64,000 bases of DNA from positions 1,248,001-1,312,000 of the forward strand of contig CAWFFN010000005.1 of assembly GCA_963815115.1 (NCBI GenBank), given 5' to 3'. Origin of the DNA: an uncultured delta proteobacterium (GTDB lineage Bacteria > Desulfobacterota > Binatia > DP-6). The translations under genes and the position numbers were made by a program. Positions 8,771 to 17,852 of the stretch are shown piece after piece. The notes below the pieces were generated by a model that searched no databases, was not told the origin of the DNA, and saw only the letters and a list, made by a program, of their open reading frames with translations. The first letter of the stretch is position 1, and the number at the start of each line of letters is the position of its first letter.

Positions 8771-10129
8771 TCACGCGGCCCCGCGCGGAACGAAACGTTT
8801 GACCTTTCCGGAAATCTGACGCGACAGCTCCGGCACCTGCTCGAGAATCACGGCGGGGTCCGAGAGGCCGCAGCGGCGCAGCTCCGCTTCGAGAGTGCCG
8901 GCCAGTTCCGGCAGCTCGACCGGTCCGTTCGCGCAGAGGCGCACCCGGATCCCCCGGTCGGTCTGGATCACCTGGTACTCGACCACGTGCCGATGGCGGC
9001 CGAGCGGAGCGCGGATGGTGAGCGGATGCACGCAGACCCCACCCGGGTAGGTGAAGGCATCGTCGCTCCGTCCGAGCACGTGATCGATGCGACGTGACTC
9101 CACGCCACAGGCGCATGGCTCCGCGAGCACGACCATCTGGTCGGTCACCTCGTAGCGGATCAGCGGCTGGACGAGATTGTAGAGATTGGTGATGAGCAGC
9201 TTCGCGGCCTGCGTGCCGGGCGGCACGGGGCGGTCCGCATCGTCGACCAGCTCGATGTAGTAGAGGTCGTCGGGCAGATGCATCGCGTCGCCCGCGCGGC
9301 ACGGGATGGCGTACGGTCCCTCGGACATGCCGTAGTAGTTGTGGACGTGAACCGGCCACGCGGCCTCGATCTCGTCACGGGCCTCCGGTAGGAGCGGCTC
9401 GCCACACGTGAACACCGATTGCGGCGCGATGACCAGCCGACCGGCCCTCGCCTCCCCCGCGAGGAGCGCGAGCGTCGAGGCGTACCCCGACAGGGTCCGC
9501 GGCTGGAGGGCGTTGAGCCGCTGCACCATGTCCGCGAGGGGCAAGGTCGGGGCGATGCTCGTGAGCTCTACGGGCGGTGGGAAGACCTCGAGGGAGACCC
9601 ACGAGACGTGCGCTCCGCGCGGAGCCCAGAGGTTTGCCCAGGGAGCCTCAGCCGGAAAACCGTTCCTCATCCGCCAGCGGGCGAGCTGGCACGTGAAGAT
9701 GATGAACGCGTCCCAGTCGTACGCGAACACGCCCCGGCGTCCGCTCGACCCCCCGGACGCGATGACGAGATAACGATCGAAGAGATAGAGGTTCTCGGGG
9801 GGGTGCTCCACGTAGCTGTCGACGGCAGCGCGCGTGAGACGCGGATCGGTCACGACGGCCTCGAAATTGTCCATGAGGTCGCCTTTGGTCATGATCGGTA
9901 GCGAGCGGAGATCCGTCTCCGTGAAGGCCGCCGCATCGACGTGGCGGAGGCGATCGCGATGCCACGCCGAGCGTGCCTGTGCGGTCGCGAGCAACACCCG
10001 CATGCGCCGCTCGCGCTCGACTCGGAGCTGGGCCGCCGGCCACTCGAGTTGGCTCAGATATCTCGGGAGGGCAGCATCCCTCTCGGCAGCATGACGGGTC
10101 CGCAGTTCCTCGAACGTGCCGTGTGACAT
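8771..10129 (-). CDS. Phenylacetate-CoA ligase / F390 synthetase-like adenylating enzyme
   Basis: SGGSSG P-loop, YGMSEG, ITNLYN..PLIRYE.TD, GRSDD. Confidence 0.85.
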   Translation of the reverse strand: MSHGTFEELRTRHAAERDAALPRYLSQLEWPAAQLRVERERRMRVLLATAQARSAWHRDRLRHVDAAAFTETDLRSLPIMTKGDLMDNFEAVVTDPRLTRAAVDSYVEHPPENLYLFDRYLVIASGGSSGRRGVFAYDWDAFIIFTCQLARWRMRNGFPAEAPWANLWAPRGAHVSWVSLEVFPPPVELTSIAPTLPLADMVQRLNALQPRTLSGYASTLALLAGEARAGRLVIAPQSVFTCGEPLLPEARDEIEAAWPVHVHNYYGMSEGPYAIPCRAGDAMHLPDDLYYIELVDDADRPVPPGTQAAKLLITNLYNLVQPLIRYEVTDQMVVLAEPCACGVESRRIDHVLGRSDDAFTYPGGVCVHPLTIRAPLGRHRHVVEYQVIQTDRGIRVRLCANGPVELPELAGTLEAELRRCGLSDPAVILEQVPELSRQISGKVKRFVPRGAA

Positions 10130-10346
10130 GGCTTCCCCTGCCACGCGCCGTTCGGTGCGGTCAACGACTGGCGTGCGGAGGGCCGCCTCCGGCTGGCGGC
10201 TGCGGCACCGGGTGCAGCCGGCGGAGGTCGATGCCGGGCGGGGATCCACCGGCTGCGTCAGTCCGGTTGCGTTCGAGCGCCAGTACGGGGAGAAGCAGGA
10301 AGCGCAATCAACGCAACGCGGATCCAGGGATGTCGAGAGGCCCGCA

Positions 10347-10772
10347 ATGAAGTCTCGCTCCGCACGCTGCCATTGCGGGCAACTCGAACTCACATGTTCT
10401 GGTGAGCCGAGGCGGATCTCGATGTGTCACTGCCTCGAATGCCAGCGTCGCACGGGCAGTGTCTTCAGCGTCGCGGTCTTCTACGAGCGCGGCAGGGTGC
10501 GCATCGAGCGCGGCACATCCGAGGTCTTCGAGCGCGGATCCGCCAGTGGCTTTCCCGTGAGGTTCCACTTCTGTGGCCGATGTGGATCGAACGTGTACTG
10601 GGAGCCGGTGCGGATGCTCGACCTCGTCGGCGTCGCGGTCGGCGCATTCGGGGACCCGACCTTCCCCCGACCGGCGCAGTCGGTCTGGACGAAGGACAGG
10701 CACGCGTGGATCGGTCTTCCAGAAGACATGGCGACGTTCGAGTCGAACCCGCCGCCTCGCGGCGTGCGGTAG
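10347..10772 (+). CDS. GFA/CENP-V family zinc protein
   Basis: CHCG, CHC..CQRRTGS, FC..CGS motifs. Confidence 0.9.
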   Translation: MKSRSARCHCGQLELTCSGEPRRISMCHCLECQRRTGSVFSVAVFYERGRVRIERGTSEVFERGSASGFPVRFHFCGRCGSNVYWEPVRMLDLVGVAVGAFGDPTFPRPAQSVWTKDRHAWIGLPEDMATFESNPPPRGVR

Positions 10773-10826
10773 CCTGCACGCTGTGGAACGTGTCTTCGAA
10801 TGTCCCGGCTTGTAGCGGAGGTGTCT

Positions 10827-11153
10827 ATGGTATTCCGAAACATTGAGCGGCAAGGAACTCGATGGAAGTTCGATTGCGACAGCGGAAGGGAATATCGCAT
10901 CTCCGCGACTAAGACAGGGCAGGCCGACGCCAGCCTCGAATTCTTCGGTGACAACGGCACGCATTTTAGATGCAGCGGTCGGTGCGGTCCGCAAAAGTGG
11001 GTCGCCGGCGAGACGACCAACTACGTGCACGCCAGCGTCTCGAGGGTTTCCATGGAAACGGTATCCGAGAGCCGTGATTCCGATGATCTCTGGACCTGCT
11101 CCTTTCGGAAGGATGCGACGTCGTTCTCGTTTACGATACAAATAGTGCACTAG
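10827..11153 (+). CDS. Hypothetical protein (orphan-like, lower GC)
   Basis: GGAGGTG RBS, 108-aa beta-rich ORF, atypical codon usage; no motif recognised. Confidence 0.5.
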   Translation: MVFRNIERQGTRWKFDCDSGREYRISATKTGQADASLEFFGDNGTHFRCSGRCGPQKWVAGETTNYVHASVSRVSMETVSESRDSDDLWTCSFRKDATSFSFTIQIVH

Positions 11154-11207
11154 CAGAAGGCCTGAGAGGTGCGGCGGGCATCTTGCGGTAGTGCTCGGTG
11201 TGGGTGG

Positions 11208-11278
11208 CCGGCCATGTTTCCATGAGCACGGAATGGCACTCAAGAGTTCGGGCGTTCGACTTCCATTGGCTCCGCTCA
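11208..11278 (+). pseudogene. Degenerate tRNA-Ala(GGC) copy (att-site-like remnant)
   Basis: GAATGGCACTCAAGAGTTCGGGCGTTCGACTTCCATTGGCTCC matches the 3' half of tRNA-Ala GGC (anticodon GGC 11235-11237, GTTCGA T-loop, TGGCTCC acceptor strand); D-arm and T-stem pairing lost. Confidence 0.6.
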
Positions 11279-11424
11279 TCCCTCTTCGCCAGTCGCTCGG
11301 CTCTTCCCGACTCCACCGCGTCGGCATTGAGCCTCCGCCGTCTCGACTGACTGCGGCCGGGTCGAGGTGATGCCGTCTGCTCGGCGACTCGGTCGCAGGC
11401 AGGCCTGGGGCGACGGACCCGAGC

Positions 11425-11865
11425 TCAACCGGTCGAAGGGCCAAGCTCACGCAGCCACTGACCGATGCGTGCGCCGATCTCGTCGCGTACGCGACGGAAC
11501 CTAGCGAGTTGGAGTTCTGGTGACCCCTGCGACGCGGCAGGGTCGTCGAAGGGCCAGTAGAGCGTCTGTCTGGCGAACGGGAAGACCCGTGGACAGTTGG
11601 CCTGGTCCTGTGCGCACACGATGATCGCGTAGCGCACCGATTGTCTTCCCAGGAACTCCCGTGTGCCCTTCGCGTAGAGGCCGCTCGTATCGAGACCGAT
11701 CTCCCCGAGCACCTCGCGCGTGAGAGGATGCACCTCGGTGGGCTCCAGCCCGGCGCTCGCCACCTCGAACCGGTGTGCCGCCTTCTGCCGCAGGAGCGCC
11801 TCCGCCATCTGGCTTCGCGCTGCGTTGTGGGCGCACACGAACAGCACGCGCGGCTTCTCGGTCAT
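11425..11865 (-). CDS. arsC: Arsenate reductase (LMW-PTP/thioredoxin type)
   Basis: VLFVCAHNAARSQMAE, C-x5-CP, WPFDDP. Confidence 0.9.
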   Translation of the reverse strand: MTEKPRVLFVCAHNAARSQMAEALLRQKAAHRFEVASAGLEPTEVHPLTREVLGEIGLDTSGLYAKGTREFLGRQSVRYAIIVCAQDQANCPRVFPFARQTLYWPFDDPAASQGSPELQLARFRRVRDEIGARIGQWLRELGPSTG

Positions 11866-12272
11866 CGCGCGGGCCGCACCCAGCCGTTCACCGTGATCAA
11901 TGCCTCCACCCGGCGGCGGATCTCGTCGCGGATGTCCCGCACCCGCTCGACCGACTGGCCCTTGGGATCCGGCACGGCCCAATCCTCGCGCCGCAGTCCC
12001 GGCACGTAGGGGCAGGCTTCGCCGCAGCCCATCGTGACCAGCAGCGTTGCTCCATTCGCGACGTCCTCGGTGAGGCGACGTGGTCTGGCCATATCTCGGT
12101 CGAGACCCACCTCGCGCATCCCTTCGACGACCTCGGGATGCACGCGCTCGGCGGGGTCTGTCCCAGCCGACACGGCCGTCGCCCGCGATGAGTCGGCGAG
12201 CGCGTTGAAGAACGCCGCAGCCATCTGCGACCGGCCGGCGTTGTGCACACAGGCGAAGAGCACGGTGGTCAT
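11862..12272 (-). CDS. arsC: Arsenate reductase (LMW-PTP family), second copy
   Basis: LFACVHNAGRSQMAA, TMGCGEACP, DW.VPDPKG. Confidence 0.9.
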   Translation of the reverse strand: MTTVLFACVHNAGRSQMAAAFFNALADSSRATAVSAGTDPAERVHPEVVEGMREVGLDRDMARPRRLTEDVANGATLLVTMGCGEACPYVPGLRREDWAVPDPKGQSVERVRDIRDEIRRRVEALITVNGWVRPAR

Positions 12273-12278
12273 CGGGCT

Positions 12279-13439
12279 TCACGGACGCCCGGCGGCCTGT
12301 GACCGGTGCTTCGGCTCGACGTCGGCGGCATATCGGGAAACGCCGTCCCGCGCCGCGCGGTCCTCCGGAAACAGGCGGCGGCTGGCCAGCGCGACGTAGA
12401 CGAGGGCAACGAGCACCGGGACCTCGATAAGCGGACCGACCACGCCAGCGAGGGCCTGGCCGGAGGTGACGCCGAACGTCGCGATCGCCACCGCGATGGC
12501 CAGCTCGAAGTTGTTGCCCGCGGCGGTGAATGCCAGCGTTGCCGCCCGGGGATATGGCAGCGCCAGGGCGCGGCCGAGCACCATGGAGCCGGTCCACATG
12601 ACGCTGAAGTAGACCAGCAAAGGCAGCGCGATGCGGGCCACATCCAGCGGCCTGGCAACGATGGTGTCTCCTTGCAGGGCGAACAGGACGACGATGGTGA
12701 ACAACAGTCCGTAGAGCGCGAACGGGCCGAGACGTGGGAGCAGCGCCGCCTCGTACCAGGCATGTCCCTTCTGCCGCTCGCCGATCCGGCGCGTGAGGAA
12801 GCCGGCGAGCAGCGGGATGCCGAGGAAGATCAGGACGCTGCGGACGATGGTCCAGGTCGGCACCTCCAGGTGCGCGGTGGACAGGCCCAGCCAGCCCGGA
12901 AGGATCTCCAGGTAGAAGTAGCCCAGCAGCCCGAAGGCGAGGACCTGGAAGATCGAGTTGAGGGCGACCAGCACGGCGGCAGCCTCCCGGTCCCCGCCGG
13001 CGAGGTCGTTCCAGATGATCACCATGGCGATGCACCGGGCCAGGCCGACGATGATCAACCCGGTGCGGTACGCGGGCAGGTCGGTGAGAAAGATCCAGGC
13101 GAGGGCGAACATCACGGCCGGACCGATCACCCAGTTGAGCGCCAGCGACGGCACCAGCAGACGCGGATCACCGGTGACGCTGCCCAGCCGGTCGTACCGC
13201 ACCTTTGCCAGGACGGGGTACATCATCACCAGGAGCCCGAGGGCGATCGGTAGCGAGACCCCCGCGACCTCGCCCTTGGCCAGCCAGAGGCCGAGATCCG
13301 GCCAGAGCCGCCCCAGCAAGAGCCCGACAGCCATGGCCATGCCGATCCAGGCGGGCAGGAAGCGATCGAGGGTGGAGAGTCGCTTCGTCACCGGTGCGAT
13401 GGCCGGCGGTACCGCTGCCAGCGGACTCACGCGGCTCAT
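12279..13439 (-). CDS. acr3: ACR3-family arsenite efflux transporter
   Basis: LDRFLP.WI, MMYPVLAKV, ARCIAMV..WN, GNNFELAIAVA, GPLIEVP. Confidence 0.96.
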   Translation of the reverse strand: MSRVSPLAAVPPAIAPVTKRLSTLDRFLPAWIGMAMAVGLLLGRLWPDLGLWLAKGEVAGVSLPIALGLLVMMYPVLAKVRYDRLGSVTGDPRLLVPSLALNWVIGPAVMFALAWIFLTDLPAYRTGLIIVGLARCIAMVIIWNDLAGGDREAAAVLVALNSIFQVLAFGLLGYFYLEILPGWLGLSTAHLEVPTWTIVRSVLIFLGIPLLAGFLTRRIGERQKGHAWYEAALLPRLGPFALYGLLFTIVVLFALQGDTIVARPLDVARIALPLLVYFSVMWTGSMVLGRALALPYPRAATLAFTAAGNNFELAIAVAIATFGVTSGQALAGVVGPLIEVPVLVALVYVALASRRLFPEDRAARDGVSRYAADVEPKHRSQAAGRP

Positions 13440-13804
13440 GCGGAACGCTTGGTCCTGCTTGGCTTCTCGGCCGACAGCGCCAGTGCCTGGCGGAGCGCCT
13501 CCACCCGGGCGGGGACGAGTCGGTAGAACATCCACGTTCCGCGCCGCTCGCGCTCCAGCAACCCCGCGGTGGTGAGCACCTTCAGATGGTGGCTGACCGT
13601 CGGCTGCGAGAGACCGACGGGGGCGATCAGATGGCACACGCACGCTTCGGCTCCGGGCTGCGCGGCGATGAAGCTCAGCAGCCGGAGGCGCGCCGGATCG
13701 GCGATGGCCTTGAACACGCCCGCGAGCGCTTCCGCGTCCTCATCTCGCATGCGGCTCCGGAGGATCGGCGCGCAGCACCCCACGCCTCGACCTTTTATCG
13801 ACAT
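13436..13804 (-). CDS. arsR: ArsR/SmtB transcriptional repressor
   Basis: N-terminal CC, FKAIADPARLRLL, ACVC, LSQPTVSHHLKVL. Confidence 0.93.
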   Translation of the reverse strand: MSIKGRGVGCCAPILRSRMRDEDAEALAGVFKAIADPARLRLLSFIAAQPGAEACVCHLIAPVGLSQPTVSHHLKVLTTAGLLERERRGTWMFYRLVPARVEALRQALALSAEKPSRTKRSA

Positions 13805-13859
13805 GGCTGGATATTGACAGATGTCGATGAGGTGTGCAATACCATCGACAACGATCGAT
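13797..13859. promoter_or_regulatory. Three ATCGAC-N4-GTCGAT-like palindromic boxes (putative ArsR operators) in the divergent arsR/arsI promoter
   Basis: 13797 ATCGACATGGCTGGAT, 13813 ATTGACAGATGTCGAT (contains TTGACA), 13844 ATCGACAACGATCGAT. Confidence 0.6.
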
Positions 13860-13875
13860 GAAGGAGGATCGCCCA

Positions 13876-14334
13876 ATGGCCCACAACACGTTTCACGTCG
13901 CCCTCTACGTGCAGGACCTCGACGCCGCCGTCGCCCGCTACCGCAAGCTGCTGGGCCAGGAGCCCGCGAAGGTGCGCCACGACTACGCCAAGTTTGAGCT
14001 GGAGGACCCGCCCGTGATCCTGTCGCTCAACACCGGCGGCGAACCGGGCACGGTCAGCCATCTCGGCATCCGCTACCCGGGCACGGGGGACGTGGCGTCC
14101 GCGCTGGTGCGAACCAAGCAGGAGCAGCTCGATCTGCTGGAGCAGCAGGGGACGACCTGCTGCTACGCCAAGGCAGACAAGTTCTGGGTGCGCGACGCCG
14201 ATGGCCTGCCGTGGGAGATGTACACCCTCCTCGCCGACGCCGAGGCCGAGACGGCGGCGGACGCGCAGCTCCGCGACTTTCTCGGTCAGCAGACCGAGGC
14301 CGCGCAGGAGCGGGGATGGACCGGCTGCTGCTGA
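13876..14334 (+). CDS. arsI: ArsI/CadI-family VOC metalloenzyme (putative C-As lyase)
   Basis: FHVAL.V.DL, YAKF, HLGI, TTCCYAKADKFWVRD.DG..WE, C-terminal CC; AAGGAGG RBS. Confidence 0.85.
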   Translation: MAHNTFHVALYVQDLDAAVARYRKLLGQEPAKVRHDYAKFELEDPPVILSLNTGGEPGTVSHLGIRYPGTGDVASALVRTKQEQLDLLEQQGTTCCYAKADKFWVRDADGLPWEMYTLLADAEAETAADAQLRDFLGQQTEAAQERGWTGCC

Positions 14335-15344
14335 GGCTGCTCGTTCTCCTCGTGGTCGCTGCGTCGCCCGCACGCCCCGGACATGCCACCATCCTCCTCA
14401 ATGGCTCCGGCTCGACGTTCGCGGCTCCCCTCTACATGAAGTGGGGCGACGTCTTTCACCAGCACGACCCTGACATCACCATCAACTATGCGGCTGTCGG
14501 GAGCGGGGCCGGCATCAGCAACATCAGCGCGGGGCTGGTGGACTTCGGTGCCACCGACGGCCCCATGACGGACGAGCAGCTCGCGACCCTGGCCGTGCCC
14601 GTCCTTCACCTGCCGACGGCGCTCGGCGCGGTCGTCATCACCTTCAACGTGAACCACATCGACCGGCTCCGTTTCGACCCCGAGACGATCGCGGGCATCT
14701 TCCTCGGGAAGATCACCAACTGGAAGGATCCCGCGATTCGGCGGAGCACCTCCGTGCCCGTTCCCGACGCCCCCATCACCGTGGTGCATCGCGCCGACGG
14801 CAGCGGGACCAGCTATGTCTTCACCGACTACCTCTCCAAGGTGAGCCCCGAGTGGCAGACGGCGGTCGGGCGAGGCACGACCGTGAACTGGCCGGTCGGT
14901 GTAGCCGGAAACGGCAACCAGGGGGTCGCCGACCTCGTGAAGGAGACGCCAAACTCCATCGGCTACGTCGAGCTGATCTACTCCGAGCAGCATGACCTGC
15001 CCTATGCGGGCGTCCGGAACCGAGCGGGTCAGTTCCCGCTGCCGACGCTCGACTCCGTCACTGCGGCGGCCCGCGCGGTCGCCGACCACATGCCCGCCGA
15101 CTTCCGCGTGTCGATCACGGACGCGGAAGCCTCTGATGCCTACCCCATTTCGAGCTTCACCTGGCTGCTCATTCCGGCGCGCATCTCCGACACCCAGAAG
15201 GGCGCAGCGATGAAGAAGTTCCTCGAGTGGATGCTCGCCGACGGTCAGACGCTCGCCACTGCGCTGCGGTACGCGCCGCTCCCGTCGCAGGTCATTGCGC
15301 TGGAGCGCAAAGCCATTGAGCAGATCGTCGTTGGATCCAACTAG
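14316..15344 (+). CDS. pstS: Phosphate ABC transporter substrate-binding protein
   Basis: GSGSTFAAPLY, GSGAG, DFGATD, HRADGSGTS, AYPISSFTW; signal peptide. Confidence 0.93.
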   Translation: MDRLLLRLLVLLVVAASPARPGHATILLNGSGSTFAAPLYMKWGDVFHQHDPDITINYAAVGSGAGISNISAGLVDFGATDGPMTDEQLATLAVPVLHLPTALGAVVITFNVNHIDRLRFDPETIAGIFLGKITNWKDPAIRRSTSVPVPDAPITVVHRADGSGTSYVFTDYLSKVSPEWQTAVGRGTTVNWPVGVAGNGNQGVADLVKETPNSIGYVELIYSEQHDLPYAGVRNRAGQFPLPTLDSVTAAARAVADHMPADFRVSITDAEASDAYPISSFTWLLIPARISDTQKGAAMKKFLEWMLADGQTLATALRYAPLPSQVIALERKAIEQIVVGSN

Positions 15345-15633
15345 CCGTCGCCAGGTGGCCGTCGCCGGCCGTCCAGCCCCTGCCGTTCTGAACCGGGAGT
15401 CAGTGCGTGGCCGAGCGATGCGATCCCGCGTCGAGTCCTACGGCGGCAGCGTCTCGCCGCGCGGCAAATGCACGAGGAGCGATTTGCTCACCCAGCCGGT
15501 GAAGCGGCCGCGGAAGTTTGCCCCATTTCACCCGATCGCCTGAGAGGCGTGTGGGGCACTTCGCCTCGGCTCGAACTTATGCGCGCGTGTTCACATCGCG
15601 CGGCGCTCGTCGGAGCCAGGAAGCTGACGACCT

Positions 15634-15992
15634 TTGGGAGTGCCCTTCGGGTCGTTCGACTGCCGGCTCGTCGCGTTGCTCGGCCGGGTAGACTCCGAGT
15701 CCGACCTCGGCACCTTCGGGCCGAAGCTCGTCCAGAACCTGTCGAACGCAAAGGACGCCGAGGAGGCGGGCGGCATCGCGTGCGCGGCCTCGGACCTGAA
15801 GCTCGCAAACCGGCGGCTCAAGCAGACGACCCGGACATGATTCAGTTCGCGCACCACCTGAAGACGCTCCGCGCCCGCAAGAAGCTGCCGGGTACCCTGC
15901 GCGCCGACCTCCTCGCCGAGGGGAATCCCATCACGGACGACGTGAAGAGCCTCAAGCGCACGGTCCGGTGTCCAGCGGATGCTCCCGGGTGA
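15634..15992 (+). pseudogene. Frameshifted, 5'-truncated remnant of a helical C-terminal domain
   Basis: Coding-like frame (…SFDCRLVALL…RRLKQTTR) stops at 15840 and continues in the -1 frame (MIQFAHHLKTLRARKKLP…CPADAPG); in-frame stop at 15625 upstream. Confidence 0.55.
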
Positions 15993-16079
15993 ACGGCAGC
16001 ACCACCGTCGCATGGTGCGGCTGACGCCGGAAGCGAGCGCGGCTTGCAACAGGTCGGCGGCGGCTTCTTTGTCTCGAGG

Positions 16080-16967
16080 ATGCCAACGCTCGCAGACGAC
16101 GTCCTCGGTGCCTTCCATCGCCTGTTCGGGCTCCACCGGGGCCTGCGACCGGTCCACACCCGAGGTGTGTTTCTCGAAGGGGAGTTCCTCCCCGCCGACC
16201 CGCCCGCCGGACTCTCGCGTGCCGCCTTCCTGCACGGCGCGCCGACGCCCGTCGTGGCGCGGTTCTCGAACTTCGTCGGGGATCCGGACGGCGCGGACAA
16301 CGCGCCGCAGCGGCGTGGCTTCGCCGTGCGCTTCCTGCTTCCGAACGACGCCAGCACCGACGTGATCGCGCACTCGTACGATGGCTTTCCCACCCGGACG
16401 GCCGAGGACCTCGTGCTGTTTCTTCGCGCCGTGGCGGAGGGCAGCGCGGCCGTGGAGCGGTTCCGTGCCGCGCACCCGGAATCGCAGCCGTTCCTCGAGG
16501 CGCCCGAGGCCGCCCCGGTCAGCTACGCGACCGAGGTCTACTTCGGCGTCCATGCCTTTCGCTACGTCGCCGGCGACGGCAAGGCGACGTTCGGCCGTCC
16601 GCGCTTCGAGCCGGTGGCCGGAGTCCAGCACTACTCCGCGGAGGCTGCCGCGGCGCTGGCGCCCGACTACCTGCGCACCGAGCTGCGGCAGCGGCTGGCG
16701 TCGGGCCCGGTGCTCTTCCGCTACCGGGTGCAGATCGCCGGCCCGGGCGATCCGCTCGACGACGCCACCCGACGCTGGGCCGACGACCGGCTGCTGGCCG
16801 AGCTCGGAGTGCTCCGCCTGACGAAGCTCGCCACGGACGAGGACGGCCTCGCCCGCCGCATCGGGTTCCTTCCCACCCACCTCGTCGACGGGATCGAGCC
16901 GCCGTCCGATCCCCTGTTTGCCGCGCGCCGCGATGCCTACATGGCCGCGTACGCGGAGCGGTCCTGA
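16080..16967 (+). CDS. Catalase-related peroxidase (SrpA-like mini-catalase)
   Basis: R..H.RG distal His, VVARFS, GFAVRF, DPLFAARRDAY proximal Tyr. Confidence 0.85.
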   Translation: MPTLADDVLGAFHRLFGLHRGLRPVHTRGVFLEGEFLPADPPAGLSRAAFLHGAPTPVVARFSNFVGDPDGADNAPQRRGFAVRFLLPNDASTDVIAHSYDGFPTRTAEDLVLFLRAVAEGSAAVERFRAAHPESQPFLEAPEAAPVSYATEVYFGVHAFRYVAGDGKATFGRPRFEPVAGVQHYSAEAAAALAPDYLRTELRQRLASGPVLFRYRVQIAGPGDPLDDATRRWADDRLLAELGVLRLTKLATDEDGLARRIGFLPTHLVDGIEPPSDPLFAARRDAYMAAYAERS

Positions 16968-16968
16968 C

Positions 16969-17751
16969 TCACGCGGGGCAGGCCAGATAGCCGCCGTCGA
17001 TCGGCAGCACCGCCCCGGTGACGTAGCGCGATTCGTCTGACGCGAGGTAGACGCAGCCCCACGCGATGTCCTCGGGGACGCCGAAGTACGGCAACGGGAT
17101 GCTGCGCTCGAGCCAGTCGCGCGTGGCGGGATCGCCCAGCAGCTGCGTGATGCTCTCGCCGCTCTCGATCAGGCCGGACGAGATCGCGTTCACCCGGATG
17201 CGGCGCTTCGCGTAGCCGACGGCCATCGAGCGGGTGAGGGCGTTCATCGCCCCCTTGGTCGCCGAGTAGGCATCCATCATCGCGGCGCCCTTCGTCGCCA
17301 CGCCGGACGAGATGTTCACGATCGAGCCGCCGCCGGCCTTGCTCATCTCCGCGATCGCGTGCTTGCAGCACCAGACCATTCCCCAGAGATTCGTCTGCAA
17401 CGCCTCGCCGAGGACGTCGTTGGCGAGCTCGCCGACGCCCGAGTCCCCGCGCTCGGGCAAGCCGGAGAGGTGGGTCGCCGCGGCGTTGTTGACGAGCGTG
17501 GTGAGCGTGCCGAACCGCTCGACGGCGGTGTGCACGGCGCGGACGACGTCGGCCTCCTTGCCGACGTCGGTCGGCACGTAGATCGCCGCCCCGCCGGCGG
17601 CCGCGATCTCGGCCCGGAGCTCTTCGCCGGCCGCCACCGTCCGGCCGGCGAGCACGACCTTCGCCCCCTCGCGCGCGAACACCGTCGCGATGCTGCGACC
17701 GATGCCTTTCGTGGCACCCGTGACCAGGGCCACCTTGCCTGCGAGCCTCAT
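16969..17751 (-). CDS. Short-chain dehydrogenase/reductase
   Basis: TGATKGIG, NNAA, YSATKGA, IDGG. Confidence 0.93.
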   Translation of the reverse strand: MRLAGKVALVTGATKGIGRSIATVFAREGAKVVLAGRTVAAGEELRAEIAAAGGAAIYVPTDVGKEADVVRAVHTAVERFGTLTTLVNNAAATHLSGLPERGDSGVGELANDVLGEALQTNLWGMVWCCKHAIAEMSKAGGGSIVNISSGVATKGAAMMDAYSATKGAMNALTRSMAVGYAKRRIRVNAISSGLIESGESITQLLGDPATRDWLERSIPLPYFGVPEDIAWGCVYLASDESRYVTGAVLPIDGGYLACPA

Positions 17752-17852
17752 CGTCCCGTTCGCTCGTGGTGCGCGCATCCTTTGCCCGGCGGGTCGGCGA
17801 GGGTCAAGGCGACTGGACTGCCCGCGGGACCCCGTCGTAGGACGGGACGATC

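Noticed and set aside
11208-11278. Functional tRNA gene
   Set aside because: D-arm is missing and the T and anticodon stems do not pair; kept only as a remnant
14326-14334. TGC-TGC-TGA at the end of arsI as possible Cys-Cys-Sec
   Set aside because: A terminal CC is usual for this family, and read-through would run out of frame inside pstS
15838-15840. TGA as a second selenocysteine codon
   Set aside because: The protein-like sequence continues in a different frame, so a frameshift explains it
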